Source of the DNA: Podarcis vaucheri
Lineage: Eukaryota
Assembly: GCA_965113315.1 (NCBI GenBank)
Contig: OZ220372.1
Length of the DNA stretch: 64,000 bases
Direction: 5' to 3' (one strand)
The position numbers and the translations under genes are program-made. Positions 51,970-64,000 of this stretch are shown piece after piece. Position 1 is the stretch's first letter. Every line of letters begins with the position of its first letter. A model generated the notes under the pieces. That model did not search any database. It was not told where the DNA came from and saw nothing but the letters and a program-made list of their open reading frames with translations.

Positions 51970-53799
51970 CTGGAAAAGAAAGAAAGAAATAATTTACTTC
52001 TTCAAAAAACGGATGCCTATTTATTAACAGAAAGGAACATTAAGTACCGGGGGCGGGGGGGGGGGAGAGTGCCTCTGGTAGTTCTTAAACCTTAGCGGAC
52101 TACTGGAAAATTAAAAGAGGGGAATGTTTTTGAATTGCTGGATTATATTTTGCTCTACAGAGGGACTTGTCCCTCATTCCCATTCTTAACTGTGACATTT
52201 ACAGAATGGAAGCTTGATGCAGTTTAATTAACGAGGCTGCAAAAGCAGCCAGGAACTGAGGTCAGCAATTTTCCCTCCTGCTTTTTTAAAACCACACAAC
52301 ATGTTTAATTATGTAACAGTTCCTACTCTTAGTTTACAAAGTATCCATAACTAGAGGAACTAAAAAATAATAATTAGTGCACCTTCTATGGATACTCCAT
52401 TTGAGAGACTTACTGGGAATACTGACCCAACTTAAATCCATGTCCTGAAATACCATTAGTAACCCATTTCTGCTTTTACAGTTTTAAGTTGCTTGTTCTG
52501 TTTCCTGGGAATGAGGCCAGAATTTCTCTGTTAATGAGAAAATATGGGCAGTTCTATATGAGCACTCGGCACAACAGAGTCCATGTGCTCTCCACCATTC
52601 ACATTCAAGAAGTTTACTTCAGGGCAACATGCTTTAGTTAACACCATTACAACTTCAAAATTGAGTATTATTTTTGCCTATCACCAGAAACAGGCAGTTC
52701 AGAACTCACCTAGTACGAAATATATAAGAGGATTGACACCAGCACTAGCCATTCCTCACACCCAATAAAAATACAGTACCCACCTTTTAACTGGCATTGC
52801 AAAGGTTACAAAGACAGAAATGCATTCCTGCTCATGTCTCGTCTGCCCATCACTATTCCACATCACATGTGAGTCAAGCTACACTGCAGAACTAGATTCT
52901 CATGTGTGCGTTTTTGCTTCCTTTTGAAGCAGAGCAGTGCCACACTTTGGGTTTTGACCCCTGTATTCGAATTGTGTAGTGTACAATGTGTTCCATTATT
53001 ATCTCACAAGACACTGTTTAGTTTCATGAAAAATGTTGTCAGGAAAAGTCATGCCTTCTGATTAGAAGGGCTCTTGCCTTTAATCCCAGATGTGTAGAAG
53101 CCAAATGAGATAACCAATTCCTTCACAGCTGAGTTCTTTATGCATCCTCAGAAACCTATTCCTTCATATTTTCCATGTCTAAGCCTAAACAGGAAGAAGC
53201 AATCCTGAACCTAAACTGCAAATAGTTTGAGCTTATTCTGTTACCTTTCCAGCCTTGCTGCTTAGCTCATTGACTTTCTTGCTACCATGAGGTTTGACAG
53301 CTGTTATCAACTGCCCTGCTTTTCCTGAAGTGCAGCTACTGAAAATTCCAGGCCCTGCCTCCCTCACCCAAATTGCTTGTTGCTCTTACTAATTTCATGA
53401 CATGAGCTTGGGTAAACTACAATCCACATTTAATGTCACAACAATATTGCATCACAAAGCAGTTATTTGATGCAATCCTTTGCTTAGTATCTAATGAACA
53501 TGCTTTTTAGTACAAAAATGCAATTCTTCAATAAGCTGTTGGCCTGAAACATAATCGCATAGACTCTGCTCATTTAAGACAATCAACAGCCTTCTGTGCC
53601 AAAGCCCAACAGAATTTTGGCTCCACTGTGCTGAAATAGAAAATCAACCAGATCATTCAATTAACTTATTTGGTATGGATGAGGAAGAGAGCCAACTAAT
53701 GAATTCTCACAAAATGATCTTTAAAATGTAAACTGCTGGAACAACTTACAGTGTGAAACAGGCATTTTTATGGATTAAAGTTGGTATTTTGTTAACATG

Positions 53800-54555
53800 T
53801 GTCAGAGTTGCTCCCCGATCCTAGCTCACAGAGGATCACGCTAGCCAGTGATCATTTAGTAAAAGTCTTTATTGAGTTACAGTTCCCATTCTCAAGCTGC
53901 TGCGTGCAACTCTACATCTTATGGTTAGATCGGCGAAGCTCTGTCTGGGTCCCCGCCTCCTGTACACCAACTTAATATCCTAGCCTTACTCCACCTTTTC
54001 CGCCTGACTGTTCTTCTCTGGGTCCCTCTGCCCCCCGGGGTCTCTTCCTTCCGGGACTCTTCTGACGCTGACCCCCCGGACCCTTCTGTCTCCTTGCGCC
54101 GGGCTTTAGGACCTGGCTCCCTTTCTGGGCTGCTTACTGCGCCACCTTCCTGTGCATTTGAACTTGGCGCGCGCGCCCAACCTTCCACTTTCCGTCTGAC
54201 CGTTTCTTCGCTCCCTGATGGAGGTGTGGCCACTCCTGACTCGTGCCCTCCCTCCTGTTGTGAGCTGCCAGCGCTTGATACCTGACTCCCTTCCTCTCCC
54301 CTGCTCTCTGTTGGTGACGCTGGTCCCGATTTCCAACTGCTCCCCTCTGAGCCCCCTCTGGCCCTTTCCTCCTGGGGTGTCCCCCTAGGCTCCCCCCTTG
54401 CCCTGGCCACTGGTGCTCCTTTCTGTGAATCTTCTGATTCACTGGAAAGACTCGGAGATCTCGGGTCGTCGTCATCACTCATCCTTTCTTCTGCCTCCTC
54501 CCCCTCGCTCTCTGTTTCCTCCCTTGCCCTTGCCTCTGCTCCTGAACCCCTGACA
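53800..54555 (-). mobile_element. Solo LTR (Gypsy/ERV-like), 756 bp, containing a long ORF
   Basis: TGTCAG...CTGACA termini, 5-bp TSD ACATG (53795-53799 / 54556-54560), AATAAA on - strand at 53868-53873. Confidence 0.85.
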
Positions 54556-55222
54556 ACATGCTTAATCTTAGAATATAAATTCAGCTCAGAGCCAACTGAA
54601 ATGGTGGCTTTGATTTGAAGTGACCAACGTGTAGCAAAGTGAAAACCTAAACCAGGCATAGGGGACCTGTGGCTGTCCAGATGTTCTGAGACTACAACTC
54701 CATTGACCATGCTTGCTGAGGCCAATAGAAGTTGCAGCCCCCACACAACTGGAGGACCATAACCGGCCGACCACTGACCTAAGCCTTTCATTTGCAAAGA
54801 TGGTGATATAGTTCAGTCTTGAATCCTTCTAATTCCAGTCCTTTTAATACTCTCAGTACTAGACAGAGCTGGTCCACTTCTCTTCCAAAGAACAGCTAGA
54901 GCAGCTTCTTATTGTTTATGTGCTCAGTTATATGAGACATGCAAGTAGGTCCACTTCCTGTGGTGGTCATGCAGTGTCTGAAAATGCTCTCCTGACAAAG
55001 ACTACTGCATTCCTCTGCTGAAGATACAGTCCTCTTGAGTCATCCTGGGAAGAAAGGAACTCAAGATTGCTCAAGGCAGCATAGATAGTGCTTGGTATTT
55101 TACACTCTTTGTTCCTTGAGGCCATAAGATGTCTGTCTTTGGAGCTGAATAGCAAAAACTATGGTCCTGCTGCTCACGACTTGCACTTCCCATTCACTGT
55201 TTCAACTGAAAAGAGTACTTAC

Positions 55223-55334
55223 TACAAAGAAAGCAGCATCTGTGGAAGCTTCTCCCATCACATTGAACTTCTTCTGCATGGTACACTGTTCTGCCACAGG
55301 CCCCACACTTGTTGCCACCTCCCCAGTTTGGCAT
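55223..55334 (-). CDS. CSRP2: CSRP2 exon 2 coding part ([37 protein letters not shown]); exon starts at 55341
   Basis: tgcAG|ACTCAAA ATG; GTAAGT donor. Confidence 0.97.
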
Positions 55335-56820
55335 TTTGAGTCTGCAAAAGAGATGCTAGCAATTAGCAACAAGGTAAAGGTTGTGTTTCCACAGCAGAAG
55401 CTTTGCTAACATTTGTAGAAAATAACAATAACTTTTCTAGAACAATCTTAATTTTTCCCTCCAACTTCCACTCCATCAGTTTTAGTTTTACTTTTTATTA
55501 AGGATTTTTGTGTGTGTTACAAAACAAATGAACAGGGAAGGGTACGTCTATCGTCTCCATTTTCAAATCCTAGGAGTCTCTTTCACAATTCGTTTACATT
55601 TAATGAGAGACACTTTTGTCATAGATATCTTGCTGCTGGGGGGAAGGTGGGGGAGAGAGTTGGGAGCTACAGCCTGGAGTAACTGCAGGCTGAGGTAAGT
55701 TTTCATACATTTCTCAAACAGTAAAGCCTTCATACTAGGTTTAAGGGAACAAATCATTTGTCATGCATAGATTTCTTACAACATCGTGAGAGCATTCCAT
55801 AGATATTCCGTGTAAGAGAATGATTACAGCAATGTGATGAAAGCAGAGTTGGGAGTATCCACTGGAGTGCAGCAATTGTTCCAGACAATTCCATCATGCT
55901 CAGAAAGCAGGGGAGTAACCTCACCCTCAATCACACAACTGGAACCAGAAACAGTATGCCCCAGTGCATGTTCTCTCTCACACACACCTATTTTCCAATC
56001 AGCAGAGGAAGTGAACATGTGCAGCACCATACCCACTGGAGGGGTGCAAGGGACAACAGCAAATGGCTCATTCTCCTAAATGTCTCTGGTGCAGTCTCCC
56101 TAATCCAACATCAGTAAACTCTCCACAGCTCCCTCTTCCATAGAAGAGAGAAGGATGCAAGCTGGAACCATGAGCAGATCCTGAAGGCCCAGAAGAAAAT
56201 ATATTTTGGGGTGGAAAGGAGCAAGGAACGTTATTAAACTCTACTGACCAAGGACACAAATTAGTTTTGAGAGAAATGCCTCAAAAACACAAAGCCAGTT
56301 TCTATCCTCCAGTGGGGGTTAGGACACAGCAAGAAAGTGTAAGAAGGAAAACAAGTATTTTAAAATATTGCCTGGAGTGGGTATTTGCTTAGAAAGGTGT
56401 ATCCAAACTTTTAAAATTGGTAAATGGAACATCTCTATGTGGCGGAAAGGTGACCTTTGTTTTCCATAACATGCAGCCCAAGAACAAACAAGGAAAAACT
56501 AATAAAAGGTGCTTTTAAAAATCTTGTTAATATGCCTGTTGAAACACAGTTTCTGCTTGCTTAGTGGGGCCGATGTGGGGCAGAGAGAACACCTGTCCCA
56601 CTAAACATTTGTCTGGTGGGTGAGAGAGACAACTAGAAGAGTCTAAGTCAAGTGAAGTCCACATTGGAAGCAGCAATTGCCCCCAAGATATCCTGGACTC
56701 AAACTATTGATACTCAATGAAGCTAAACTCCCTCTGAGCTGCTGATAAGGCAATCTTGTTTACCTGTCTTCCATGGGCCATTAATATTTGAATGGGAAGT
56801 TTTTCAATTTCACTCAACTA

Positions 56821-57072
56821 CAGTCGTACCCTGGTTGTCGAACGGAATCCATTCCAGAAGTCCATTCAACTTCTAAAAATGTTCGAACAACCAAGGCGCG
56901 ACTTCCGATTGGCTGCAGGAGCTTCCTGCACTCAATCAGAATCCGCGGAAGCCATGTAAGACATTTGGGTTCCAAAGAACGTTCTCAAACCAGAGCACTC
57001 ACTTCCGGGTTTGCGGCATTCGGGAGCCAAAATGTTCGAGTTGCAAGGCATTTGGGATCCAAGGTACGACTG
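56821..57072 (-). mobile_element. Tc1/mariner MITE, family B, opposite orientation
   Basis: TA-CAGTCGTACC...GGTACGACTG. Confidence 0.82.
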
Positions 57073-57457
57073 TGCTAGATTTTGAAGCCGATTGTGAGGT
57101 CTGTTATAATATCATTTTTCCTCTATTAGGAATCTTATTTTATTTAATCATTTATTTAACTTTAACAACTAACTGGTTTAAATCGCCTTTTCTCAAATTA
57201 ACCTCTGTTAGTAAAGTTTCAAGGGGCACAGCATTCCAGTCACCAGAAAATAATGATACCTATCCATACATCCTTATCTAACAGCTCTTTTTGCTGACAA
57301 ATAGCCCTTTGGACAAACCAGACAACGTAAGACAGAAGTTCACAGATGAAATAGCTTCTGCAACCACTTCCATTGATGCTGATGCTTCAAGAACACATAT
57401 TGTGTAGCTGAAATACTGGAGCTGCTGCCTTGCAGACAAGCTTGCTCTGATACACAG

Positions 57458-57461
<4 letters not shown>

Positions 57462-57497
<36 letters not shown>
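57462..57497. repeat. (GT)n microsatellite
   Basis: Read directly. Confidence 0.92.
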
Positions 57498-57498
<1 letters not shown>

Positions 57499-57738
57499 GG
57501 GTCGGGTCACATTGTGAACCTGGCCCAACTCCTAATGATTTTGGATAAACAGTGAAAAACAACAGCAGCCAACTCCTTTAAGTGTACAAATAAAAGAATC
57601 TTTCTATAAATCACTGCTCTTCTATTAGCTTTTTCAGATAGCTTGAACCCAAGTTCAGCTTAGTCGTTATGGAGAGAGTGACCCAGAAAATCTTACAAAG
57701 CAAAGCTGCACAGCTAAGTGACCATTGTCTAGAGTAAA

Positions 57739-57858
57739 CCATTATTGGAATGTAGGAAAAGAAGATTAATGATTAATCCAGATCAGGACATTTTAGTGCA
57801 TTCCCTACCCAGCAATTACAAGTCGTCTTCTGCATGACCCTAGTAGCTCCATTTTAGG
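57739..57858. promoter_or_regulatory. Candidate SRF/TEAD intronic enhancer (two CArG boxes plus two MCAT cores)
   Basis: CCATTATTGG 57739-57748, CCATTTTAGG 57849-57858, GGAATG 57747-57752, CATTCC 57799-57804. Confidence 0.55.
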
Positions 57859-58309
57859 TAGCAACATTAATTTTAACTACTTAGCACATCCCTTTAACAG
57901 TCCTCAAGAGTTTAATACTGCTTTTCCAGGATTTGGCATTATATAATGGTCAAGATGAGGTTGAAACGGTTACTTATGACATATACTATTATTTTGTCAT
58001 TCTTGGCACCACTGGAATCTAAAATGTCGGGATTCCATTACATTTATCCAATGGTTTGGCTACACTACTATGTAGCAGCTGATATCAATCATAGCAAACA
58101 GGACCCTAAGACGGATATAAGCTGCATTCCTTTCTCCAGAGCTTTGCAGTATAAGATTCCTTCCCACTTTATAGCATCTCCTAAAGAGTAAACCCACTAG
58201 GAACTTAATTTTAACTGGGGTTCTGTTGTTCCTTTGTTGGCAACCAACTTTAATGTGTATGTATAAGTTCATTTCCTTCCACTTTAAAGACCACATACTC
58301 TAAGGAATT

Positions 58310-58750
58310 CACCTTGGCACTGGTAACCTCAAGACTGGATTATTGCTATGTGTTTTACGTGGGGCTTCACTTGGACTAAACCTGGAAGCTGCAGCTGGTA
58401 CAGAATGCAGCAGCTAGACTGGGGTACCCCATCAACATCACAGATCCTCTGCTGAAGGAGCCACACTAGCTGCCAAAATGCTACCAGGCACAATTCAAAG
58501 TCTTGTTTTTAATATTTAGTGCCCTAAACTTGAGACGGGAATATCTAAGGCATCGTCTTGCCGAAGACCTGCCCAGCAACTGTGCTCCTCAGATAGGAAA
58601 CTGCTGAGAATACCATATGTCTGACACAGAGGTTCAATTTAGCCCCAACTCTCCAGATTCATTTTTCAGCCACAATCAGACAGGCATATAGCATTCTGAT
58701 ATTTAGGCACCTACTGAATACATTTTTTGTTTAGGAAAACTTTCCTTGAG
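58310..58750 (+). mobile_element. L2 LINE 3' fragment
   Basis: ALVTSRLDYC...KLQLVQNAAAR-like C-terminal ORF2 motif. Confidence 0.75.
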
Positions 58751-59559
58751 GTGTCACCCAGTTATTTATGAAAGATCAATTCTCTGTTTTCATGAAATGT
58801 TATTTTTAAGAGTTTGTTAAATTGGTTTTATTGTGCTTCTGTATTTTTTTCTATATTTTACCCTGTACGTTGCTTCAATGGTTTTATGCCATAAAGTGGT
58901 GTACAAATGTGTACAATAATAGTAACAGTAATGGACAAAGAAATGGCAACTGCCTGCTCTGGCTATTTCTCTTTCCCATAAAAACAATTCTCTATGAGTA
59001 GGCTGGCCCTGCTTTAGGTACTCATTCCACAAGCAAGTCATCAGAACAAGATTGCACTGGGAAACTTTTGCATTTATATTTGCATGCTTATAAGCACATG
59101 TGGCAAGTGTAGCATCATTTGATGCACTGACGAAGCCTCTCAGAACTGCACAACTGCCATACAATATGTCTGTGCTAATGTAAATACTCATTTTGGTACA
59201 GAAGAGGAAATAATGGCGTTGAACTAATTTTATCAACAGGTGTCAGGAGAGCTGACTTCTAATAAGCAGCTGAGGGCACTTGGTCAACATTCAGTATTAA
59301 CACCAATATCTGTACTTGGGCTTTACATTCAAGATGAATGTGCTTAATATACATCCAGATTTGGTTTACTATAGTAATTGTTTCCGCTTCTGATGTGCCC
59401 TCAGCTAGTAATGGCATGCCCATAACGTATTTAAGAACACTGCAGTAAAGCTTTGCATGATGTGGAGCCAACTGTGCTCTGCAGCATAGAGTTCTAAGCT
59501 ACCATTCTTCAAATCCTTTCCCTAACAATACAGTGCTTTGATACACCTGTCAAGCAGTA

Positions 59560-60350
59560 TTCAATAACACCACCTACCTTGCTGCCTAGCAGTCTCCCTG
59601 CCTGAACTGACAGAACTGGTCTCAGAGGCGATGTTGAGGACTCCCAGACTGCTAGTTTTGGAGGACTTCAACATCGATGCCAAGGTAACCGGCTCTGGGG
59701 TGGCTGCCATGTTGACCATGGGGCTGTCCCAACATGCCATTGGCCCCTGCATATAGCAGGCAACACTCTGGACCTTTTTTTCTCTGCTGGGCAGAAAGAG
59801 GGTGCTATTGCTATCACAATCCCTTGTCATGGTCACATCACTTCCTGCTGAGATTTAGGCTTCCAGTACCTTTTCCCTTTTGCATAGGCCTAATAGGATG
59901 GTCCACCCTTCTGAGGCTGATGGATCCGATGGGTCTCCAGACAGCTCTGGGGGATTTTCTGGCTGCTATGATTTGCACTCCTGTCAAAGTGCTGGCTGAT
60001 CTCTGGTACATTCAAATGGCTTGGGCTGTTGACATGATCACTCCTAAGCAACCTCTCCTGCTTTGTAGAGCCCTTTCGGCTCCTTAGTATACTCCACAGC
60101 TTCAGGCAATGAGATAAGCTGGAAGACAGCTTGAACACAAATGGAGGAAAACTCCAGTCGAATGCAATCTAACATTGGTGTGGACTCATAATCAAACCTA
60201 CTTAGTTGCAGTGAAGGCAACAAACTATGCTGCCCACCAGAGCTTTTCCAGATAGTATGGGGCCTTTTATAGTCTGGTCTGAAGGAGGTGGTAGAAGAGA
60301 TGGTAGTTCGCTGTCACTTGTTTGCAAAGTATTTTAAGGATAAAATCGGA
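59560..60350 (+). mobile_element. L2-type LINE endonuclease fragment, degraded
   Basis: Encodes LLVLEDFNIDA (GDFN-like APE motif); stops and frameshifts. Confidence 0.7.
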
Positions 60351-62699
60351 TGAGGGTTGGTACAGAAAATTAACTAAATAATAAATAATAATGCACTCAC
60401 GAACCACTTGCAGGAGAGATTTCAGAAACCATCAAGCGGTCCATCTTGGAACACAACTTGCTCCATTTGTAAAATCTCTCTCTACAGAAGAGATCTATTG
60501 TGGATTACAACTCTAGAACTATTCTGAAATTCCTAGTGAGCAGAAAGTGTCTGCCAGTGCAGTTGCATTCAGCAGTACATATGATTTGGGAATAAAAAGT
60601 CAGCTTTGGCAAAGAGTTTAGTCGGAGATCTTCAGCAAGTTGGCATTTCTCAGGGCTAAACTAGATGCAACCTTACTTGAACAACTGCAATTAACATGCA
60701 TATTTAACAGAAAGATAAGTAGCAGCTGCAAGATCAGGACCAAGATTACAGGATGCATTTTTTTAAAAAAAAACACCTCGCTTTATGCTGTCATTCTGAG
60801 GAATACCTCCCTGTCCTCATGAAGCTATTAATTTTTTCCACCAAGGAGGAAGCTTCCATTGCTAATTTCAGAAAGTGGAACCAGCATTGCTAGTGGTCAT
60901 TGGGAGCTTTATTCTCAATGAATTTGTCTTTATGTATTTACCATTTCAATGCCAGTTCTCCCAGCTTGGAGGGATGTACTATTTGCTGTGCTAGAAAAGC
61001 ATGACCCTAACTCCTTACAGATTCTAGATCTCAGTAATTCTAGTAGTCCCCACACACTTGATTCTGTTTGTCCATACAATATTGTGGTGCTACTATGTGT
61101 TTTCGTTATTTTAATTTGTGGCATATAATTTTGCATTGTAAACTGCCTTGAGTGTGACAGAAGGCAAGGTAAAAATCCTTTAAAAAACAAAGCAAAATAT
61201 GTAAATATATTAACAGTTAAACTTTAAAAGTGTTAGAGTAACTTTAAGAGTGCTAATCCAAATGACAGTCACAGAGAAGGCAATCTAGGCTAGAAAATAA
61301 TCTACACTGTTCTACAGGATAGTATCCAGGCTGTTAAACAAGTTTGAAGAATCAGGCATGACAGAGCCAAGGAATTATGCAACTACCTTCAAGGGCCAAT
61401 GGGATTCAGTTTTCCATTTCAATCCTCCTGACTCTTGTAGTTCATGACAGAACCTGTTCTAGGTGTTGAAGAAATAAAAATCTGTTGCAAAAAAATGGGG
61501 AGTCCCCCCCCCCGTAGAAGTAATTAAGCAATTATGGGGTTATAAACCCAAAAGCCATAACTCTTGCATCTATTATTATCTGTTACAATATTTTGTACCA
61601 CCGCTCTTCAGTCAAAAAGCAATTTGGCGCTGCTTACAACAATTTCAAACAAAACCCAAAGAAAATGGTTTAAAAGTGTGGAAGAAGGGGTATTGCATGA
61701 AGTTTACCAAACCCTTGCAGCGAGGGAGACAGTTATGCATTTTGCCTCTCATAAAAGGGCTTCTTGAAAAGCAGAATGCTGCATACTGGCCAAGATTACT
61801 ACTACAATGGCATATAGCCAATAAACATTTATACATTCTAAATTCTATATATCCAGACACTGGAATAAAAAGTCTCCAGAGTCACCTACTTTAAATGGAT
61901 TTTGCAGCAATTCTGTTCTACTTCTTATGTCAACAGCTGCACACTCATTTTTAGAAGACTAAAAACCTGCCACTAGCATATCTTCAACCTGGCAGTAGCT
62001 AATTTTGGGGTCAAGACAATTAGCAAGCAGGTGACTTGAACTTGCTGTCAGGGCATGTGACTTGCAACTAAATCCCATTACCTGCAGCATTTAGCTTTGC
62101 ACTAAGGGGTTTATGACAAGTAGCTGGTCTTTTCCTAATTAATCCATGCCTATTAAAAGAGCCATTTCACAAACTTGGAAAAACAAACTGCCCAAAGATT
62201 GTTCAACAGGATCTATAAATGAAGCAGAATACCTACAGCATAACATGGATATTTACCAAGCAGTTGTTTCTTCCATTATAGATTAGTATGCAGGGCCAAC
62301 CTGAATAAGCTTTTATTAACAGGATAGCAGTCAACTATCCATAGGTAGCTGTATGTCCCCAAGAGACTCTACCCAATGCCCGTTAAAGGGAACCCGTTTC
62401 CAGACACACTGCTCGCTCACATCACTAGACTTAGCATCATTTAGAAACAAGAAGTGCGTTGAGTAGCTTTCCTGCTTTCTCACCAAGAAGCCAAACTTTA
62501 CAAATGAGCACAGGGAGCTGGGAAACAGAGCAGCTTCCAGGCAAGAGTTAAACAAATTCCTTTAACCTCATTATCTCACCCCACCCGAAGTTCCCAGTGA
62601 AACTTTTCCAAAAGGTGCTCAGGAGCAGAAGAAAAGGCTGCCATAAAACGGGTTCAATTCTGAAACGTTCACCTTTCCAGATACACTGGGCCCTGCTGG

Positions 62700-63680
62700 G
62701 CGCTATATGCAAAGCTTTGAGAGAAGCACAGCTTACAGCGGGGTTAACACCCGGCTTCCATCAACTGCGATGGCTGCGCAAAGTGGGGAGAAGCGGCAGG
62801 AGAAGCGAGAAGATAAAACTGCCTCTGACTAGGGTTATGGCCCGTCCATTCCGAGAGAGCCCACGAAAACACGGGAATACACTGAACCCAACTCGCTTCT
62901 CCGAGCATGTGCAGAGATTTATACTCCTCTTCTTCCCCCCGCAGAAGAGCAGCAGGAGCATCCACACGCGCGGAGCAACAGAGCCAGGGGTCGTGGATAT
63001 GCCCACCGCCAGGAGATTTCCAGCCGCTTTGGACGCCCGCTTCCGAAAGAGATGGAAACCTAGGGGCGCCGGCCCAGCGTGGCCCGCGCCCCCGTTAAAA
63101 ACCCAGGAAAGCGAAGCGCCCAGCCTGTGCAGAAAGGCGAGACTGTGGAGGACGGACACAGAAGAGGAACAAAATCCAGCGAGCCGCTGAGGAAGCAGCG
63201 CCGCCGCCGCCGCGTCTTACCTGGGCGCGCGGCCACCAGCTGCTTCGGAAGCTCCTTCTCCCAGGGCTCCCCACCAACTCCGCCACAAGTGCGACAAGCG
63301 CGCGCCCCGCAGAAGCCAGCCGGGTTTCCCTTGCAGCTGTTTATAGCGTCCCACAAGGGGGCGGTGCTGCGACGGAGCGTAGCCGGGCAAGCCCCTTCCC
63401 TCTGGGCCGCCCTTTCTCTTTCCCCGCCCTGCGCGCTCAAGCGGCCGACGCCTAGGAGCTCGGCGCGCCCTCGCCCCAAAGGGTTGCCTTCTCCCGCTCG
63501 CCCCCGCGCGCGAGCGCGTTCTGACGGCCCTCGACTGTTCACACAGAAATAGGCCTTAGATGTTGCCCCCTTTTACAGTACAGACTGGAGGGGGAGGACT
63601 GAGGAAGCTCGGCATGCATTGCTTTCCAAAGCAGAGCCTTTCCTGACGATCCAGACTCCTCTATCTTATAAAGGTCCCCA
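62700..63680 (-). promoter_or_regulatory. CpG-island promoter of CSRP2 with TATA box
   Basis: Only strongly CpG-rich non-repeat block in the window; TATAAA on - strand at 63340-63345; GC boxes near 63357 and 63422; half-CRE TGACG at 63522 and 63644; one-mismatch CArG at 63665-63674. Confidence 0.8.
63221..63315 (-). other. CSRP2: Probable non-coding exon 1 of CSRP2
   Basis: CAG|GTAAGA donor at 63221/63220 inside the CpG island; TSS inferred about 30 nt downstream of TATAAA. Confidence 0.7.
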
Positions 63681-64000
63681 AGAAATAAAAAAAAATGTCT
63701 TGCGTCTAGTAGTCGGAATTTGTGGTGGGGGTGTGTGTTTTTCCTGCTGAACAAGGAAAATAATGCTCTCTTCTCCATTTGTGTGTTGACTGCCCTCTGG
63801 AAATAAAGATTCAAATTTGTGGCTCAGCTTGGAATGTCTTTTTTCTTTGGTACTGCTTACAGCTTAAAAAGTAAAGTCAATAATACAGACAAAAATATTC
63901 TTCCTTCATCTGACATCTGTCAAGTGTCTCAAAATTATGGAGGTACCTTTCTCCTCAAATATCAGAAGACGAGTCAAACGTGTTTCTTGGGGACAAGCAA

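Larger units (their letters stand above)
48979..55334 (-). other. CSRP2: CSRP2 coding span, 193 aa, two LIM domains plus Gly-rich repeats
   Basis: Five exons (112+169+130+94+77=582 nt) give [35 protein letters not shown]...GAGALVHAQ*; tail-to-tail with ZDHHC17 as in other vertebrates. Confidence 0.97.

Noticed and set aside
54556-54797. N-terminal 80 aa of the supplied 290-aa ORF 53925-54797
   Set aside because: Lies outside the LTR TSD and crosses an unrelated MITE, so it is a chance extension and not a host gene.
62597-63552. Several 130-200 aa ORFs on both strands
   Set aside because: Stop-poor CpG island of the CSRP2 promoter; no recognisable domains.
1-64000. CRISPR arrays, operons, prokaryotic defence systems, rRNA
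   Set aside because: Vertebrate intron/exon DNA; no repeat-spacer arrays or rRNA-like blocks seen.

Overview
Eukaryotic (squamate, very likely lacertid lizard, judging by Sauria-type SINEs) genomic window with two convergent genes. ZDHHC17/HIP14 (ankyrin-repeat DHHC palmitoyltransferase) is on the + strand: coding exons 2-17 span 8584-43469 (1806 nt, 601 aa plus stop), exon 1 is presumably upstream of the window, and the 3' UTR runs to about 46.4 kb. CSRP2 (two-LIM-domain protein, 193 aa) is complete on the - strand: CpG-island/TATA promoter and non-coding exon 1 near 63.3 kb, coding exons 55334-48979. Introns carry Sauria SINEs with TSDs, Tc1/mariner and hAT MITEs, L2/CR1 fragments and one solo LTR. 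Main observations: a U12 AT-AC intron in ZDHHC17 and a second U12-like acceptor in its 3' UTR; a solo LTR that is almost entirely one open reading frame, sense-oriented in CSRP2 intron 2; a double-CArG/MCAT cluster in CSRP2 intron 1; and a perfect 63-bp-arm hairpin around a microsatellite. Most of the supplied ORFs are spurious. Exon numbering follows my recollection of the human orthologues; no database searches were run.
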